NCBI GenBank assembly: GCA_947630765.1
Contig: CANRIX010000002.1
Location: forward strand, 103,387 to 167,386
Length of the DNA: 64,000 nt
Reading direction: 5' to 3'
Origin: an uncultured Clostridia bacterium
GTDB taxonomy: Bacteria; Bacillota; Clostridia; Oscillospirales; CAG-382
Numbering within the stretch: the stretch's first letter is position 1; the number at the start of each line of letters is the position of its first letter. Of this stretch, positions 17,856 through 27,173 are shown piece by piece. The position numbers and the translations under genes were made by a program. The notes beneath the pieces were generated by a model, which was not told the origin of the DNA, made no database searches, and worked only from the letters and a program-made list of their open reading frames with translations.

Positions 17856-19478
17856 ATGTTTGAACTTGGAAAACACAGAAGGATCACGGTCGCCGTCGCC
17901 GTTTTACTGCTTTTGCCGCTGGTGTTCATCGCGTGGTACGTCGCGCAGATCCTGACCGGCGCGTCCGCTTTCAAGGGGATCACGGAAGTTTGCGCGACCC
18001 TGCCGGACGGGACGGAGAAGCGCTGGACGGAGGAAGCGGACGTGGCATTCTATACCTCCCTGCTGGAGCACGCGTCGGTCGTCGACCAGCCGGTGCGGGA
18101 CGTCGAGGGGGAGACCCCGGTCACGCTGTCCCTCGACGGGACGGCGTACCGCCTCTATCCGTCGCTGAGTCCGTCCGGCTGCATGGCGCAGTTTGCGGAC
18201 GACCGTTTCCGCCTGCTCGCGCCGGAGGACGCTACGGCGCTTCTGGTCCGCCCGGAGATGGAGTACGTCTACGCGTCCTATCTGCTTCCGACGCTGACGG
18301 TCTGCTCCGGCGAGCGGCAGTATCCCGTTTCGCCGGATTCCTACACCTGGAACTACCGCAAGGCGGACGGGGCGTACTACCAGGACGGTCTGACGCAGAC
18401 CTCCGACGAAACCGTCACCTGCAACCTGTTCGCGGACTTCAGCAACGACCTGTCCTTTTCGACCAAGCCCAGCAATTACGGGCTGACCGTCTACGGCATT
18501 TCCGACGGCGGCACGCGCTACGAGCTCGACAACATCACCTCCTTCGCCGGACTGCAGTTCTCGCAGGATACCCTGCTTGAAGTGGAGGTCAACGCCAGCT
18601 GGAGCCAGGCGAGCAACGCCGAGCGCTACGGCGACGCAAAATATAGCTTCCGGGTGCTCTACGACGTCCCGGCACAGGTCGAAGCGGTCGGCGCGTCGGA
18701 GAACGGCGAAAAATCGGTCGTCGCGGGCGGATACGTGCTGCTGAAAGCGCTCTACACGAACCAAAACGAGGACCTTACGATGACGACGGACCTGCCCGTC
18801 GAGCCCGCCGTATTCCATTACGACAGCACGGCGCGAAGCAGCTACGCGGCCCTGCCGATCCCGGCGGATACCGAACCGGGCGCCTACACGATCACCGTGA
18901 CCTCCGGCGAGACCCACCGCACCGTCGACGTCCGCGTGACGGACGCCCCCGAACCGCAGACCCTTACCTATACGATTTCCGACGCGGACTACACCGCCTA
19001 CCTCGCCCCGGCGGAGCTTGAAACGCTTGCCGGGACCCTCCGGCAGCTCCGGCTCGCGTCGGACGGCACGCCGCATTTGAGCGCCGACCTCGCGTTCGGT
19101 TCGCCGGTCAGCGGGGAAGTCGACCTCGCGTTCGGCAGCACGGTCATCCTCGGCAACAGTGCGGTCGAAGGAACCGGCATGAAGACCCTCGAGGGCACCC
19201 TGTATAAATCCCCGGCCGGGGCGGACGTCCACGCCGTGCAGAGCGGTGTGTGCGTGTTTTCGGGTGCGCTCGGCGCGTTCGGCAACGCCGTCGTGATCGA
19301 TCACGGCTGCGGGATCTTCAGCTATTACTACCACCTCGAAGCCAGCAACGTCACGGTCGGCACGGAGGTGACCCGTTCGGCGACCGTCGGCACGGTCGGC
19401 AAGAGCGGCTACACCGGGACCGGGAACGCCTGCCTGCACTTCGCGCTCTCCGTGGGGGACACCTATGTCAGCCCGTAA
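17856..19478 (+). CDS. Membrane-anchored M23/LytM-family metallopeptidase
   Basis: N-terminal TM. C-terminal LytM motifs VIDHGCGIFSYYYHL and GNACLHFALS. Confidence 0.75.
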   Translation: MFELGKHRRITVAVAVLLLLPLVFIAWYVAQILTGASAFKGITEVCATLPDGTEKRWTEEADVAFYTSLLEHASVVDQPVRDVEGETPVTLSLDGTAYRLYPSLSPSGCMAQFADDRFRLLAPEDATALLVRPEMEYVYASYLLPTLTVCSGERQYPVSPDSYTWNYRKADGAYYQDGLTQTSDETVTCNLFADFSNDLSFSTKPSNYGLTVYGISDGGTRYELDNITSFAGLQFSQDTLLEVEVNASWSQASNAERYGDAKYSFRVLYDVPAQVEAVGASENGEKSVVAGGYVLLKALYTNQNEDLTMTTDLPVEPAVFHYDSTARSSYAALPIPADTEPGAYTITVTSGETHRTVDVRVTDAPEPQTLTYTISDADYTAYLAPAELETLAGTLRQLRLASDGTPHLSADLAFGSPVSGEVDLAFGSTVILGNSAVEGTGMKTLEGTLYKSPAGADVHAVQSGVCVFSGALGAFGNAVVIDHGCGIFSYYYHLEASNVTVGTEVTRSATVGTVGKSGYTGTGNACLHFALSVGDTYVSP

Positions 19479-20199
19479 AGCATCCGGCGAATTCGCCGGG
19501 AAGGTCGCGGTCGTGACCGGCGGGGCACGTGGGATCGGGAAGTGCATCTGCGAGCAGTTCGCGTCGCAGGGCGCGTCGGTCTGCGTCATCGACCTGCTGG
19601 AAAACCCGTACTTTCAGGGCGATCTTTCCGACCGCGAAACGCTCGAACGGTTCGCCCGCCGGGTGGTCGACGACTACGGAAAGGTGGACTTTCTCGTCAA
19701 CAACGCCGCCCCGCGAAGCCGCGGTCTGCCGGACGGCGGATATGACGATTTCGCGAATTCGCTCGCCGTCGGCGTGACCGCGCCGTACTACCTGACGAAG
19801 CTGTTCCTCCCGTATTTCGCGTCTGGCGCGTGCGTCGTCAACATTTCCTCCAGCCGCGACCGCATGAGTCAGCCCGGCACGGAGAGCTACACGGCGGCGA
19901 AGGGCGGCATCAGCGCCCTGACCCACGCCATGGCGGTCAGCCTTGCCGGGAAGGTCCGCGTGAATTCGATTTCCCCCGGCTGGATCGACACGACCGGCGG
20001 GACGTTCGTCGGCGCGGACGCGGTTCAGCACCCGGCGGGCCGCGTGGGGAAGCCGTCGGACGTCGCGAACCTCGTGCTTTACCTTTGCTCGGAGAAAGCG
20101 TCGTTCCTCACCGGGGAAAATATCTGCGTCGACGGCGGCATGACGAAACTGATGATCTATCACAACGATTTCGGCTGGAAGCTGGAAAGCGAATCATAA
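19465..20199 (+). CDS. SDR-family oxidoreductase
   Basis: TGGARGIG Rossmann motif and the YTAAK catalytic motif. 14-nt overlap with the M23 gene. Confidence 0.8.
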   Translation: MSARKASGEFAGKVAVVTGGARGIGKCICEQFASQGASVCVIDLLENPYFQGDLSDRETLERFARRVVDDYGKVDFLVNNAAPRSRGLPDGGYDDFANSLAVGVTAPYYLTKLFLPYFASGACVVNISSSRDRMSQPGTESYTAAKGGISALTHAMAVSLAGKVRVNSISPGWIDTTGGTFVGADAVQHPAGRVGKPSDVANLVLYLCSEKASFLTGENICVDGGMTKLMIYHNDFGWKLESES

Positions 20200-20217
20200 C
20201 CGTTCGGAGGGATTTGT

Positions 20218-20835
20218 ATGTACATTCTTTTGGTCAACGGAAGTCCGCGTGCCAACGGCAATACGGCGCTGGCGCTGCGGGAAATGGAAACCGTCCTGCG
20301 TGCGGAGGGGATCGAAACGGAACTGACGCAGGTCGGACATCTGCCGATCCGCGGGTGCATCGGCTGCGGCGGATGCGGGAAAACCGGCAAGTGCGTGTTC
20401 GACGACGCCGTCAACGAATTTGCGCCGAAGTTCGCCGCCTGCGACGGGCTGATCGTCGGCAGCCCGGTGTACTACGCGTCCGCGAATTCGACGCTGACGG
20501 CTTTCCTGGACCGCCTGTTCTACAGCTGCCACGCGGATAAGACCATGAAGGTCGGCGCGTGCGTGGTCGCCGCCCGTCGGGGCGGGCTTTCCGCGACGTT
20601 CGACCAGCTCAACAAGTATTTCACCATCAGCGGCATGCCCGTCGCGTCCGGGCAGTACTGGAACAGCGTCCACGGGCAGAAACCCGGCGAAGCGGCGCAG
20701 GACGCGGAAGGACTGCAGTCGGTCCGCACGCTCGCGCGGAATTTCGCGTTCCTCGTCAAGAGCATCGCCCTCGGCAAACAAGCCTACGGACTGCCGGAAA
20801 AGGAAGTCCGGCAAAGCACGAATTTTATCCGATAA
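20218..20835 (+). CDS. Iron-sulfur flavoprotein-like NADPH-dependent FMN reductase
   Basis: Flavodoxin-like N-terminus LLVNGSPRANGNT plus a compact Cys motif CIGCGGCGKTGKC. Confidence 0.7.
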   Translation: MYILLVNGSPRANGNTALALREMETVLRAEGIETELTQVGHLPIRGCIGCGGCGKTGKCVFDDAVNEFAPKFAACDGLIVGSPVYYASANSTLTAFLDRLFYSCHADKTMKVGACVVAARRGGLSATFDQLNKYFTISGMPVASGQYWNSVHGQKPGEAAQDAEGLQSVRTLARNFAFLVKSIALGKQAYGLPEKEVRQSTNFIR

Positions 20836-20856
20836 AAGAAAGGAATGTGTCAACCT

Positions 20857-21420
20857 ATGCGTAAGAATTTCGGTCCGAAACCCTACACCTACCCCCAGCC
20901 GGTATTCATCGTCGCGACCTACGGCGAAAACGGCGAGCCGGACGCGATGAACGCCGCGTGGGGCGGCATCAGCGACGATACGCAGATCTCCCTTTGCCTG
21001 AGCGCCGGGCATAAGACCGTGCGCAACCTTCGCGAGCGCGGAGCGTTCACGGTCAGCATGGCGGACGCGAAGCACGTCGTCGAATGCGACTATCTCGGCG
21101 TCGTTTCGGCGAACGACGAGCCGAAAAAACTGGAGATCGCGGGGTTCCACGCGGTCAAGAGCGATTTCGTGGACGCGCCGTTGCTGGAGGAATTGCCGAT
21201 GGCGCTGGAGTGCCGCGTCGTCAGCTATGACCCGGCGACCTGCCGTCTGGTCGGCGAGATCGTCAATGTGTCCGCCGACAGCTCGATCCTCGACGAAGCG
21301 GGCAAAATCGACCCGGAAAAGCTGGACCCGATCACGTTCGACCCGGTGCATAACACCTATCGCCGTTTGGGCGACGTCGTCGGCAACGCCTTCCGCGACG
21401 GGCTTTCGCTGAAAAAATAA
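20857..21420 (+). CDS. Flavin reductase-like (FMN-binding split-barrel) protein
   Basis: PQPVFIVATYGENGEPDAMNAAWGG pattern. ATG 20857 preferred because of SD spacing. Confidence 0.7.
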   Translation: MRKNFGPKPYTYPQPVFIVATYGENGEPDAMNAAWGGISDDTQISLCLSAGHKTVRNLRERGAFTVSMADAKHVVECDYLGVVSANDEPKKLEIAGFHAVKSDFVDAPLLEELPMALECRVVSYDPATCRLVGEIVNVSADSSILDEAGKIDPEKLDPITFDPVHNTYRRLGDVVGNAFRDGLSLKK

Positions 21421-21487
21421 AGGGAGTGCCGCCGCGAACGGTACGGCGTTAAAAAATTCGGAATTGACAAGCAAGGGAGAACCTGAC

Positions 21488-22252
21488 ATGATTTCCATTG
21501 ACCTTACGGGAAAAACCGCGCTCGTGACCGGCGCGTCCGGCGAACTCGGGCGCGTGATGGCGCGTACCCTCGCGCAGGCGGGGGCGAATCTGCTCCTGCA
21601 TTCCTACCGCAACCCCGACAGGGCGGCGTCCCTCGCCGAGGAGCTGCGCGGACGCGGCACGCGCTGCATGACGGTCAGCGCCGACGTCGGCGACCTGCAA
21701 AGCGTCCTGCGTATGCGCGACGGGATCCGGGCGAGCGGTTTCCCGATGCCGGATATCCTCGTCGATAACGCCGTGGTGCAGTACGACTGGAAGTCCGTGC
21801 TCGAACAGCCGGTCGAGGATTACGAGAGTCAGTTCCGCAGCTGCGTCCTGCAAAACGTGCATATGGCGAAGGCGTTCCTGCCGGATATGATCGAAAAGGG
21901 CTGGGGACGGGTCATCGGCACGAACACCGAGTGCGCCATGCAGTGCTTTGCAACGCAGTCCGCCTACGCGGCGGGCAAGCGGGGCATGGACGGCGTGATG
22001 CGGGTGCTGGCGCGGGAAGTGGGTCCCTACGGCATTACGGTCAATCAGGTCGCCCCGGGCTACACGATCTCCGACCGCGACCGCGCCAACCACACCGAGG
22101 TCCAGCCGACCGACGTGCGCATCCCGCTGCGCCGCCGTGGGACGGACCAGGAGGTCGCGAACGCCGTGCTGTTCCTCGCGTCCGACCTCGCGTCCTACAT
22201 CACCGGGGCGTACCTGCCGGTCTGCGGCGGAAACGTTATGCCGACGATATGA
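21488..22252 (+). CDS. SDR-family oxidoreductase
   Basis: TGASGELG and YAAGK motifs. ATG 21488 after GGGAGA. Its stop overlaps the trpC start (ATGA). Confidence 0.8.
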   Translation: MISIDLTGKTALVTGASGELGRVMARTLAQAGANLLLHSYRNPDRAASLAEELRGRGTRCMTVSADVGDLQSVLRMRDGIRASGFPMPDILVDNAVVQYDWKSVLEQPVEDYESQFRSCVLQNVHMAKAFLPDMIEKGWGRVIGTNTECAMQCFATQSAYAAGKRGMDGVMRVLAREVGPYGITVNQVAPGYTISDRDRANHTEVQPTDVRIPLRRRGTDQEVANAVLFLASDLASYITGAYLPVCGGNVMPTI

Positions 22253-23031
22253 CGATCCTCGACACGATCGCCGCCCACGCCCGGGAGCGCGTGGTGGAAA
22301 AACGGCGGAACCGCCCGACCGAAGCGCTCCGCGCGTCCGCAGAATCCCTTCCGCGGGGGGATTTCGCGTTTGAAAAGGCGCTTGCGCGAGAGGAACTTTC
22401 GTTCATCTGCGAATGCAAAAAGGCGTCCCCGTCGAAGGGGCTGATCTCGCCGGACTACCCGTACCTGTCGATCGCGAAGGACTACGCTTCGGCGGGCGCG
22501 TCGGCGATCTCCGTCCTGACCGAGCCGAACTGGTTCCTCGGGGCGGACGAGCACTTGCGGGAGATCGCTTCCGCCGTTTCGCTGCCCTGCCTGCGGAAGG
22601 ACTTCACGGTGGACGTCTATATGGTCTACGAGGCGAAGCTGCTCGGCGCGTCGGCGGTGCTGCTGATCTGCTCGCTGCTCGGGCGAGAGGAACTGCGTGA
22701 GCTGCTCGCGGTCTGCGACGGATTGGGGCTTTCCGCGCTGGTCGAAGCGCACGACGAAGCGGAGGTTTGCCTCGCGCTGGACGCCGGTGCGCGGGTGGTC
22801 GGCGTGAACAACCGCAATCTGAAGGATTTTTCCGTCGACCCCGAAAACAGCCGCCGCCTGCGGAAACTGCTTCCGCCGGACGTGCTGTTCGTCTCCGAAA
22901 GCGGGGTGCGGACGGCGGAGGACGTGCGGATGCTGCGGGAAATCGGCGCGGACGCGGCGCTGGTCGGCGAAACGCTGATGCGTGCGCCGGACCGAAAAGC
23001 CAAGCTCGCCGAACTGCGGGGGGACGTATGA
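22249..23031 (+). CDS. trpC: Indole-3-glycerol-phosphate synthase
   Basis: FICECKKASPSKG, SVLTEP and NNRNL motifs. Start trimmed to ATG 22249. Confidence 0.9.
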   Translation: MTILDTIAAHARERVVEKRRNRPTEALRASAESLPRGDFAFEKALAREELSFICECKKASPSKGLISPDYPYLSIAKDYASAGASAISVLTEPNWFLGADEHLREIASAVSLPCLRKDFTVDVYMVYEAKLLGASAVLLICSLLGREELRELLAVCDGLGLSALVEAHDEAEVCLALDAGARVVGVNNRNLKDFSVDPENSRRLRKLLPPDVLFVSESGVRTAEDVRMLREIGADAALVGETLMRAPDRKAKLAELRGDV

Positions 23032-23654
23032 CGCCGAAGATCAAGCTGTGCGGGCTGACGCGGGAGGAGGACGTCCTGACCGCCAACCGGCTGAAGCCGG
23101 AATACGTCGGGTTCGTGTTCGTGCCGGGCAGCCGCCGGTTCGTGACGGTCGAGCGTGCGCGGGAATTGCGCCGTCTGCTTGCGCCGGGGATTGCCGCCGT
23201 CGGGGTGTTCCTGCGCGAACCGCCCGAAAATGTCGCGTCGCTTCTGTGGGAAGGCGTCATCGACCTGCCCCAGCTTCACGGCGGGGAGGACGAAGGGTAC
23301 CTTTCCCGCCTGCGTTCGCTGACCGACCGTCCCATCCTGCAGGCGTTCCGCGCGGATACCGAGCGTCGCTTGCGGGATGCCGCAAACAGCACGGCGGATA
23401 TGGTCCTGCTGGATTCCGGCGCGGGCGGAAGCGGGGTGCCGCTGGACTGGAGCACCCTGCGCGACTTCCCGCGTCCGTTTTTCCTCGCCGGCGGTTTAGA
23501 CCCGGACAACGTCGCCGAAGCGGTCGCGTCCCTGCACCCGTACGCGGTCGACGTCAGCTCCGGCGTTGAAACGGACGGCCGGAAGGACCCGGAAAAAATG
23601 ACCGCCTTCGTCGCCGCCGTGCGCGGCGCAAAGCGTCGCGAAACAGCCGAATAA
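23028..23654 (+). CDS. trpF: Phosphoribosylanthranilate isomerase
   Basis: KLCGLT...AGGL.P.NV...PYAVDVSSGVE pattern. ATGA overlap with trpC. Confidence 0.9.
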   Translation: MTPKIKLCGLTREEDVLTANRLKPEYVGFVFVPGSRRFVTVERARELRRLLAPGIAAVGVFLREPPENVASLLWEGVIDLPQLHGGEDEGYLSRLRSLTDRPILQAFRADTERRLRDAANSTADMVLLDSGAGGSGVPLDWSTLRDFPRPFFLAGGLDPDNVAEAVASLHPYAVDVSSGVETDGRKDPEKMTAFVAAVRGAKRRETAE

Positions 23655-23700
23655 AAGGGCCGCCGTACCAGCTTTTTTGCTCGTGCGGCAGCCCTTTCGT
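23653..23700 (-). terminator. Putative terminator in the convergent trpF / anti-sigma gap
   Basis: AAAGGGCCGCCG...CGGCAGCCCTTT stem with one mismatch and a large loop. A T-run follows on the minus strand. Confidence 0.4.
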
Positions 23701-23722
23701 CTGTCAAGATCGCTTTTTTACG

Positions 23723-24343
23723 TCATTCGAGCGTCAGGTAGAATTCGTTCTGCTCCGGCTCGCCGATGCGGGTGAATTCCGCGAGCGTCCGCTTGAGCGA
23801 ATCCAGCAGCAGCCCGCCGTCCGGCTCGGTGTAGTAGTCCCGCAAATTTTCGGAAACCGCGACGCGCGTCACGAAGTGATCCCCGACCGTATACGTCGCG
23901 AGCCCGTTGGACACCGTCGTTTCCCCGTTGTCGGTTCGCTCGGTGCGCAGCAGTTTGACCTCTTCGCCGACGCCGTTTTGCGTTTTCCACGCGTCGAACA
24001 CGCTTTCCGCGGAACCGGGCAGCTCCATGTCGGTAAACGTGATTTTGCCGCCGTTCACGGCGTAGATGCGGACTTCGACGTTCTCAACTGCATACCCGAT
24101 GTCCCATCTTTCGCCGATCTCGTTCACCCGGTCCTCCTGCGAATTGACGCCGTTCGCCGGAAGCGGACTGCTTTTCCGACCGCTGCCGAGAAGTGCGACC
24201 GGCAGCGCGACCGCAAGCGCCGCGCACGCGGCGATCACGCCGCCGAGCCACGGGCGTTTTTTTCGTTTCCGCCTCGAACCGTCAGAAAGCAGTTCCTCGT
24301 CCACGTCGCCGATCGCGTCCAGCAATTGTTCCGCTTTTTTCAT
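23723..24343 (-). CDS. Putative anti-sigma factor (short cytoplasmic N-domain, one TM, extracytoplasmic domain)
   Basis: 206 aa from ATG 24343. 4-nt overlap with the ECF sigma gene. TM WLGGVIAACAALAVALPVALL. Confidence 0.55.
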   Translation of the reverse strand: MKKAEQLLDAIGDVDEELLSDGSRRKRKKRPWLGGVIAACAALAVALPVALLGSGRKSSPLPANGVNSQEDRVNEIGERWDIGYAVENVEVRIYAVNGGKITFTDMELPGSAESVFDAWKTQNGVGEEVKLLRTERTDNGETTVSNGLATYTVGDHFVTRVAVSENLRDYYTEPDGGLLLDSLKRTLAEFTRIGEPEQNEFYLTLE

Positions 24344-24897
24344 AGAAATCCCTCTTTCGTCAGTTGTTTTTTGAGTTTTTCCCGCGAACGGTAGAGCATG
24401 GATTTGACCTTGCTTTGCGAATACCCGAACCGCTCCCCGATGTCGCTGACCGACAGCAGTTCCCAGTAGCGGCACAGGAATACCTGCCGTTCGGCTTGGG
24501 GGAGGGAACGGACAAACCCGTTGATCAGGCGTTTCAGCTCCTCCTGCTCCCACGCCGATTCGGCGGAATCCCCGCCCGGAACGCATTCTGCGAGCTCGTC
24601 GAGCGCACAGGGCAGTTCGCCGCCTCCCCGTTTCGCCGCGTTTCGTTCGCGCCACTTGTCGACGGCGGCCCGCCGCGTCAGTTTGCCGAGGAAGGCGGAA
24701 AGGACGGTCGGGCGGTGCGGCGGGATGCTGTTCCACGCGCCGAGGTAGGCGTCGTTGACGGCTTCCTCCGCGTCCTCGCGGTTCTGCAGGACGCCGTAGG
24801 CGATGGCATGGCAGTATGCGCCGTACTTCCGCGCGGTCTCTTCGACGGCGGACTCGTCCCGCGACCAGTATAGTTCGACGATCTGTTCGTCTTGCAA
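24340..24897 (-). CDS. ECF-type RNA polymerase sigma-70 family factor
   Basis: 185 aa with region 2 (DAEEAVNDAYLGAW) and region 4 (LSVSDIGERFGYSQSKVKSMLYRSREKL). TTG start after GGAGGGG. Confidence 0.85.
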   Translation of the reverse strand: MQDEQIVELYWSRDESAVEETARKYGAYCHAIAYGVLQNREDAEEAVNDAYLGAWNSIPPHRPTVLSAFLGKLTRRAAVDKWRERNAAKRGGGELPCALDELAECVPGGDSAESAWEQEELKRLINGFVRSLPQAERQVFLCRYWELLSVSDIGERFGYSQSKVKSMLYRSREKLKKQLTKEGFL

Positions 24898-24991
24898 AGG
24901 AAATCCCCTCCGTTCTGCGGTAGTTTGGAAAGAGCTCTTTCAGGTATCTACTCGTAAAAAGACGCTTTCGGTTGCGGTTTTCTCTGTATTT

Positions 24992-25025
24992 TTTCAAAAA
25001 AAGCGGTCGCCCTTTGCGGCGACCG
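24992..25025 (-). terminator. Intrinsic terminator after htrA
   Basis: Minus strand reads ACGGTCGCC-GCAAAG-GGCGACCGC followed by TTTTTTT. Confidence 0.7.
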
Positions 25026-25042
25026 TATAAAAAACGGACGAA

Positions 25043-26383
25043 TCAGGTTTGTACCGGCTTGTATTCGGCGAGCGTCAGCGAAAAGGTAAGCGTCTGCCCG
25101 GAACGGGTCACGGTGAACGAGAGCGTGTCGCCGATGGAATGGGATTGCAGGACGCTGTCGTAATCCGCCTCCGTCGCAATCTCGGTCCCGTCGATCGAAC
25201 GGATCAGGTCGCCGGAGCGGAAGCCCGCCCTCGCCGCGTTCGACCCATCCTCCACGCTGTAGACGTAAAGTCCGAGCGTGTTGACGCGGTAGTACATGGC
25301 GGTCTGGTAGTCGGCGATCTCGAGGACCTGGATGCCGGTGTCCACCCGCCCCGTCACGTAGCCGTATTCGATCAGATCGGAAATGACGGGCTCTGCGAGG
25401 TTGATCGGGATCGCAAAGCCCAGCCCCTCGACGTCGTCGCCGGAGGATTTCGCGTTGACGATACCGATGAGTTCGCCGTTTCGGTTGAAAAGTCCGCCGC
25501 CGGAGTTGCCCGGGTTGATGGCCGCGTCGGTCTGCAAAAGGGTCATGATGTTGCCGTCGATCGTGATCTGGCGGTCCAGCGCACTGATGTAGCCGACGGT
25601 CACCGTGCCGCCGAGCTGTCCGAGCGGGTTGCCGATCGCGATGACCGAATCGCCGACCTTGCAGTTCGTGAAGTCGCCCAGCACGGCGGGCTGCAGGCCG
25701 GACGCGTCAATCTTGATGACCGCGAGGTCCGCCCGGTCGTCCGAACCGATGAGTTCGGCCGGATAGGTCTGCCCGTTCGTCGTGCGGACGGAGATCGAGG
25801 TCGCGCCGTCGACGACGTGGTGGTTCGTGACGATGTACCCGTCCTCGGTCAGGATCACGCCGCTTCCGGCTCCCTCCGAAACGTACTGCATCATGAAGCT
25901 GCCGGTCGTGACCGCTTCCGTCGTGATCTCCACGACGCTGTCCCGCGTCGCTTCCGCCGCTTCGCCGACCGTCATCGTGCGGTCTACCGCGTCGCCGTTC
26001 TGATCCTGCAGGGCGACCGAGCGGTACAGCACCGCCGTGTCGTGTGCAGGTTGTCCGTTTTCGGCATTTTCGCCGTTCGACGCGCTTCGTCCGACGAGGT
26101 ATCCGCCGAGCAATCCGCCGCCCAGACCGAGCAGCAGCGAAAGCGCCATGCAGACGGCGAGGATCGTCGTCGGGCGGACGCCCTTGCGCTTCTTCTGCGG
26201 AGGCGGGGGAGGGGTCGGCTGCTCCTGCGGCGGCTGAACGTCAGACCATTCGGTCGTTTGTTCCGCGAACGGTTCGGTTTCCGTCGCTTGCTCCTCGAAA
26301 AGTTCGTTGGTTTCTTCGGTGAAATCCTCTGTTTCCTCCGTCGGCTGTTCCGACGGGATACGGAAATCCTCTTGCATCTGCAA
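25043..26383 (-). CDS. htrA: HtrA/DegP-family serine protease with PDZ domain
   Basis: TNHHVV, D and GNSGGGLF triad context. C-terminal PDZ. N-terminal acidic/Pro-rich tail plus TM. Confidence 0.85.
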   Translation of the reverse strand: MQMQEDFRIPSEQPTEETEDFTEETNELFEEQATETEPFAEQTTEWSDVQPPQEQPTPPPPPQKKRKGVRPTTILAVCMALSLLLGLGGGLLGGYLVGRSASNGENAENGQPAHDTAVLYRSVALQDQNGDAVDRTMTVGEAAEATRDSVVEITTEAVTTGSFMMQYVSEGAGSGVILTEDGYIVTNHHVVDGATSISVRTTNGQTYPAELIGSDDRADLAVIKIDASGLQPAVLGDFTNCKVGDSVIAIGNPLGQLGGTVTVGYISALDRQITIDGNIMTLLQTDAAINPGNSGGGLFNRNGELIGIVNAKSSGDDVEGLGFAIPINLAEPVISDLIEYGYVTGRVDTGIQVLEIADYQTAMYYRVNTLGLYVYSVEDGSNAARAGFRSGDLIRSIDGTEIATEADYDSVLQSHSIGDTLSFTVTRSGQTLTFSLTLAEYKPVQT

Positions 26384-26507
26384 TCCCTCCTTGCTTTTTC
26401 TTCATTTTACCCGGGGGAAATGTAAAAATCAAGGAAATGGTGTTGTCGATGTGTGAATTTTTATGCAGTTTTCACAGGTCGGACCCGAAATCGGCGTGTT
26501 GGGGCGT

Positions 26508-27173
26508 TTATAAGCCGTACTTCGTCTTGACGCGTTCCAGCATTTCCCCGACCGGGCGGGCGAGGACGAGCAGGAACACGACGTTCGACACCGCGTACAC
26601 CGCCGTGACCGGCAGAGCGGAAAGCAGTGCCGCGACGTAGGAGATCCCGGTCCACAGGGCGGTCCAGACGTCGACGAGCAGGGAAAACAGCACGCCGGAG
26701 AGCGCCCCGAACCCGTACAGCAGCAACCGGCTCTTCTTCAGCCCCTTCGCGAACACCCCAGCGAGCAGCCCGATGATCCCCCACGCGAGCATTTGAAACG
26801 GGGTCCACGGACCCTGCCCGAAATAGAAATTGGAAAGCACGGCGGACAGCGACCCGGTCAGGAATCCCGCCTCCCCGCCGAACGCGACGCCGGCGATGAT
26901 GACGAACGCCGTCACCGGCTTGAAGAACGGCAGCATGCCGAACAGCACCCGTCCCGCGACGGACAGGGCGGTCAGGGCGGCGAGCAGGAGCAGCGTCCGG
27001 GTGCTTTTCTCCTTCCGCTCGAACGTCAGGAAGAACGGCAGGACGGACAGCACCGCGGCGCACAGCGTGACCCACACCGCTGCCTGCTCCCGGAACAGCA
27101 GCGTCCCGCCGACGACGCAGGCGGGCAGGACGGCGCAAAGCAGGACGCGGGAGAGGACTTTTCGCCGGTTCAT
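26508..27173 (-). CDS. ECF-transporter S (substrate-capture) component-like membrane protein
   Basis: 221 aa from ATG 27173 with 6 TM. Motif FKPVTAFVIIAGVAFGGEAGFLTGSLSAVLSNFYFGQGPWTPFQM. 4-nt overlap with the ATPase gene. Confidence 0.65.
   Translation of the reverse strand: MNRRKVLSRVLLCAVLPACVVGGTLLFREQAAVWVTLCAAVLSVLPFFLTFERKEKSTRTLLLLAALTALSVAGRVLFGMLPFFKPVTAFVIIAGVAFGGEAGFLTGSLSAVLSNFYFGQGPWTPFQMLAWGIIGLLAGVFAKGLKKSRLLLYGFGALSGVLFSLLVDVWTALWTGISYVAALLSALPVTAVYAVSNVVFLLVLARPVGEMLERVKTKYGL

Noticed and set aside
17699-17983. N-terminal extension of the GerA-family ORF to 17983
   Set aside because: It would overlap the divergent M23 promoter and coding start. ATG 17698 has a perfect AGGAGGA SD and gives a normal-length A subunit.
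23723-24997. 424-aa minus-strand ORF
   Set aside because: The frame of the anti-sigma gene simply continues stop-free upstream of its ATG (24343) and overlaps the ECF sigma gene out of frame. Splitting at ATG 24343 gives two proteins with sensible architectures and a 4-nt overlap.
24898-25000. Search for an ECF-type (AAC-N16-CGT) autoregulated promoter upstream of the ECF sigma gene
   Set aside because: Only GAAAAC...CGTC with a ~12-nt spacer was found, and that spacing is wrong for known ECF promoters, so no call was made.
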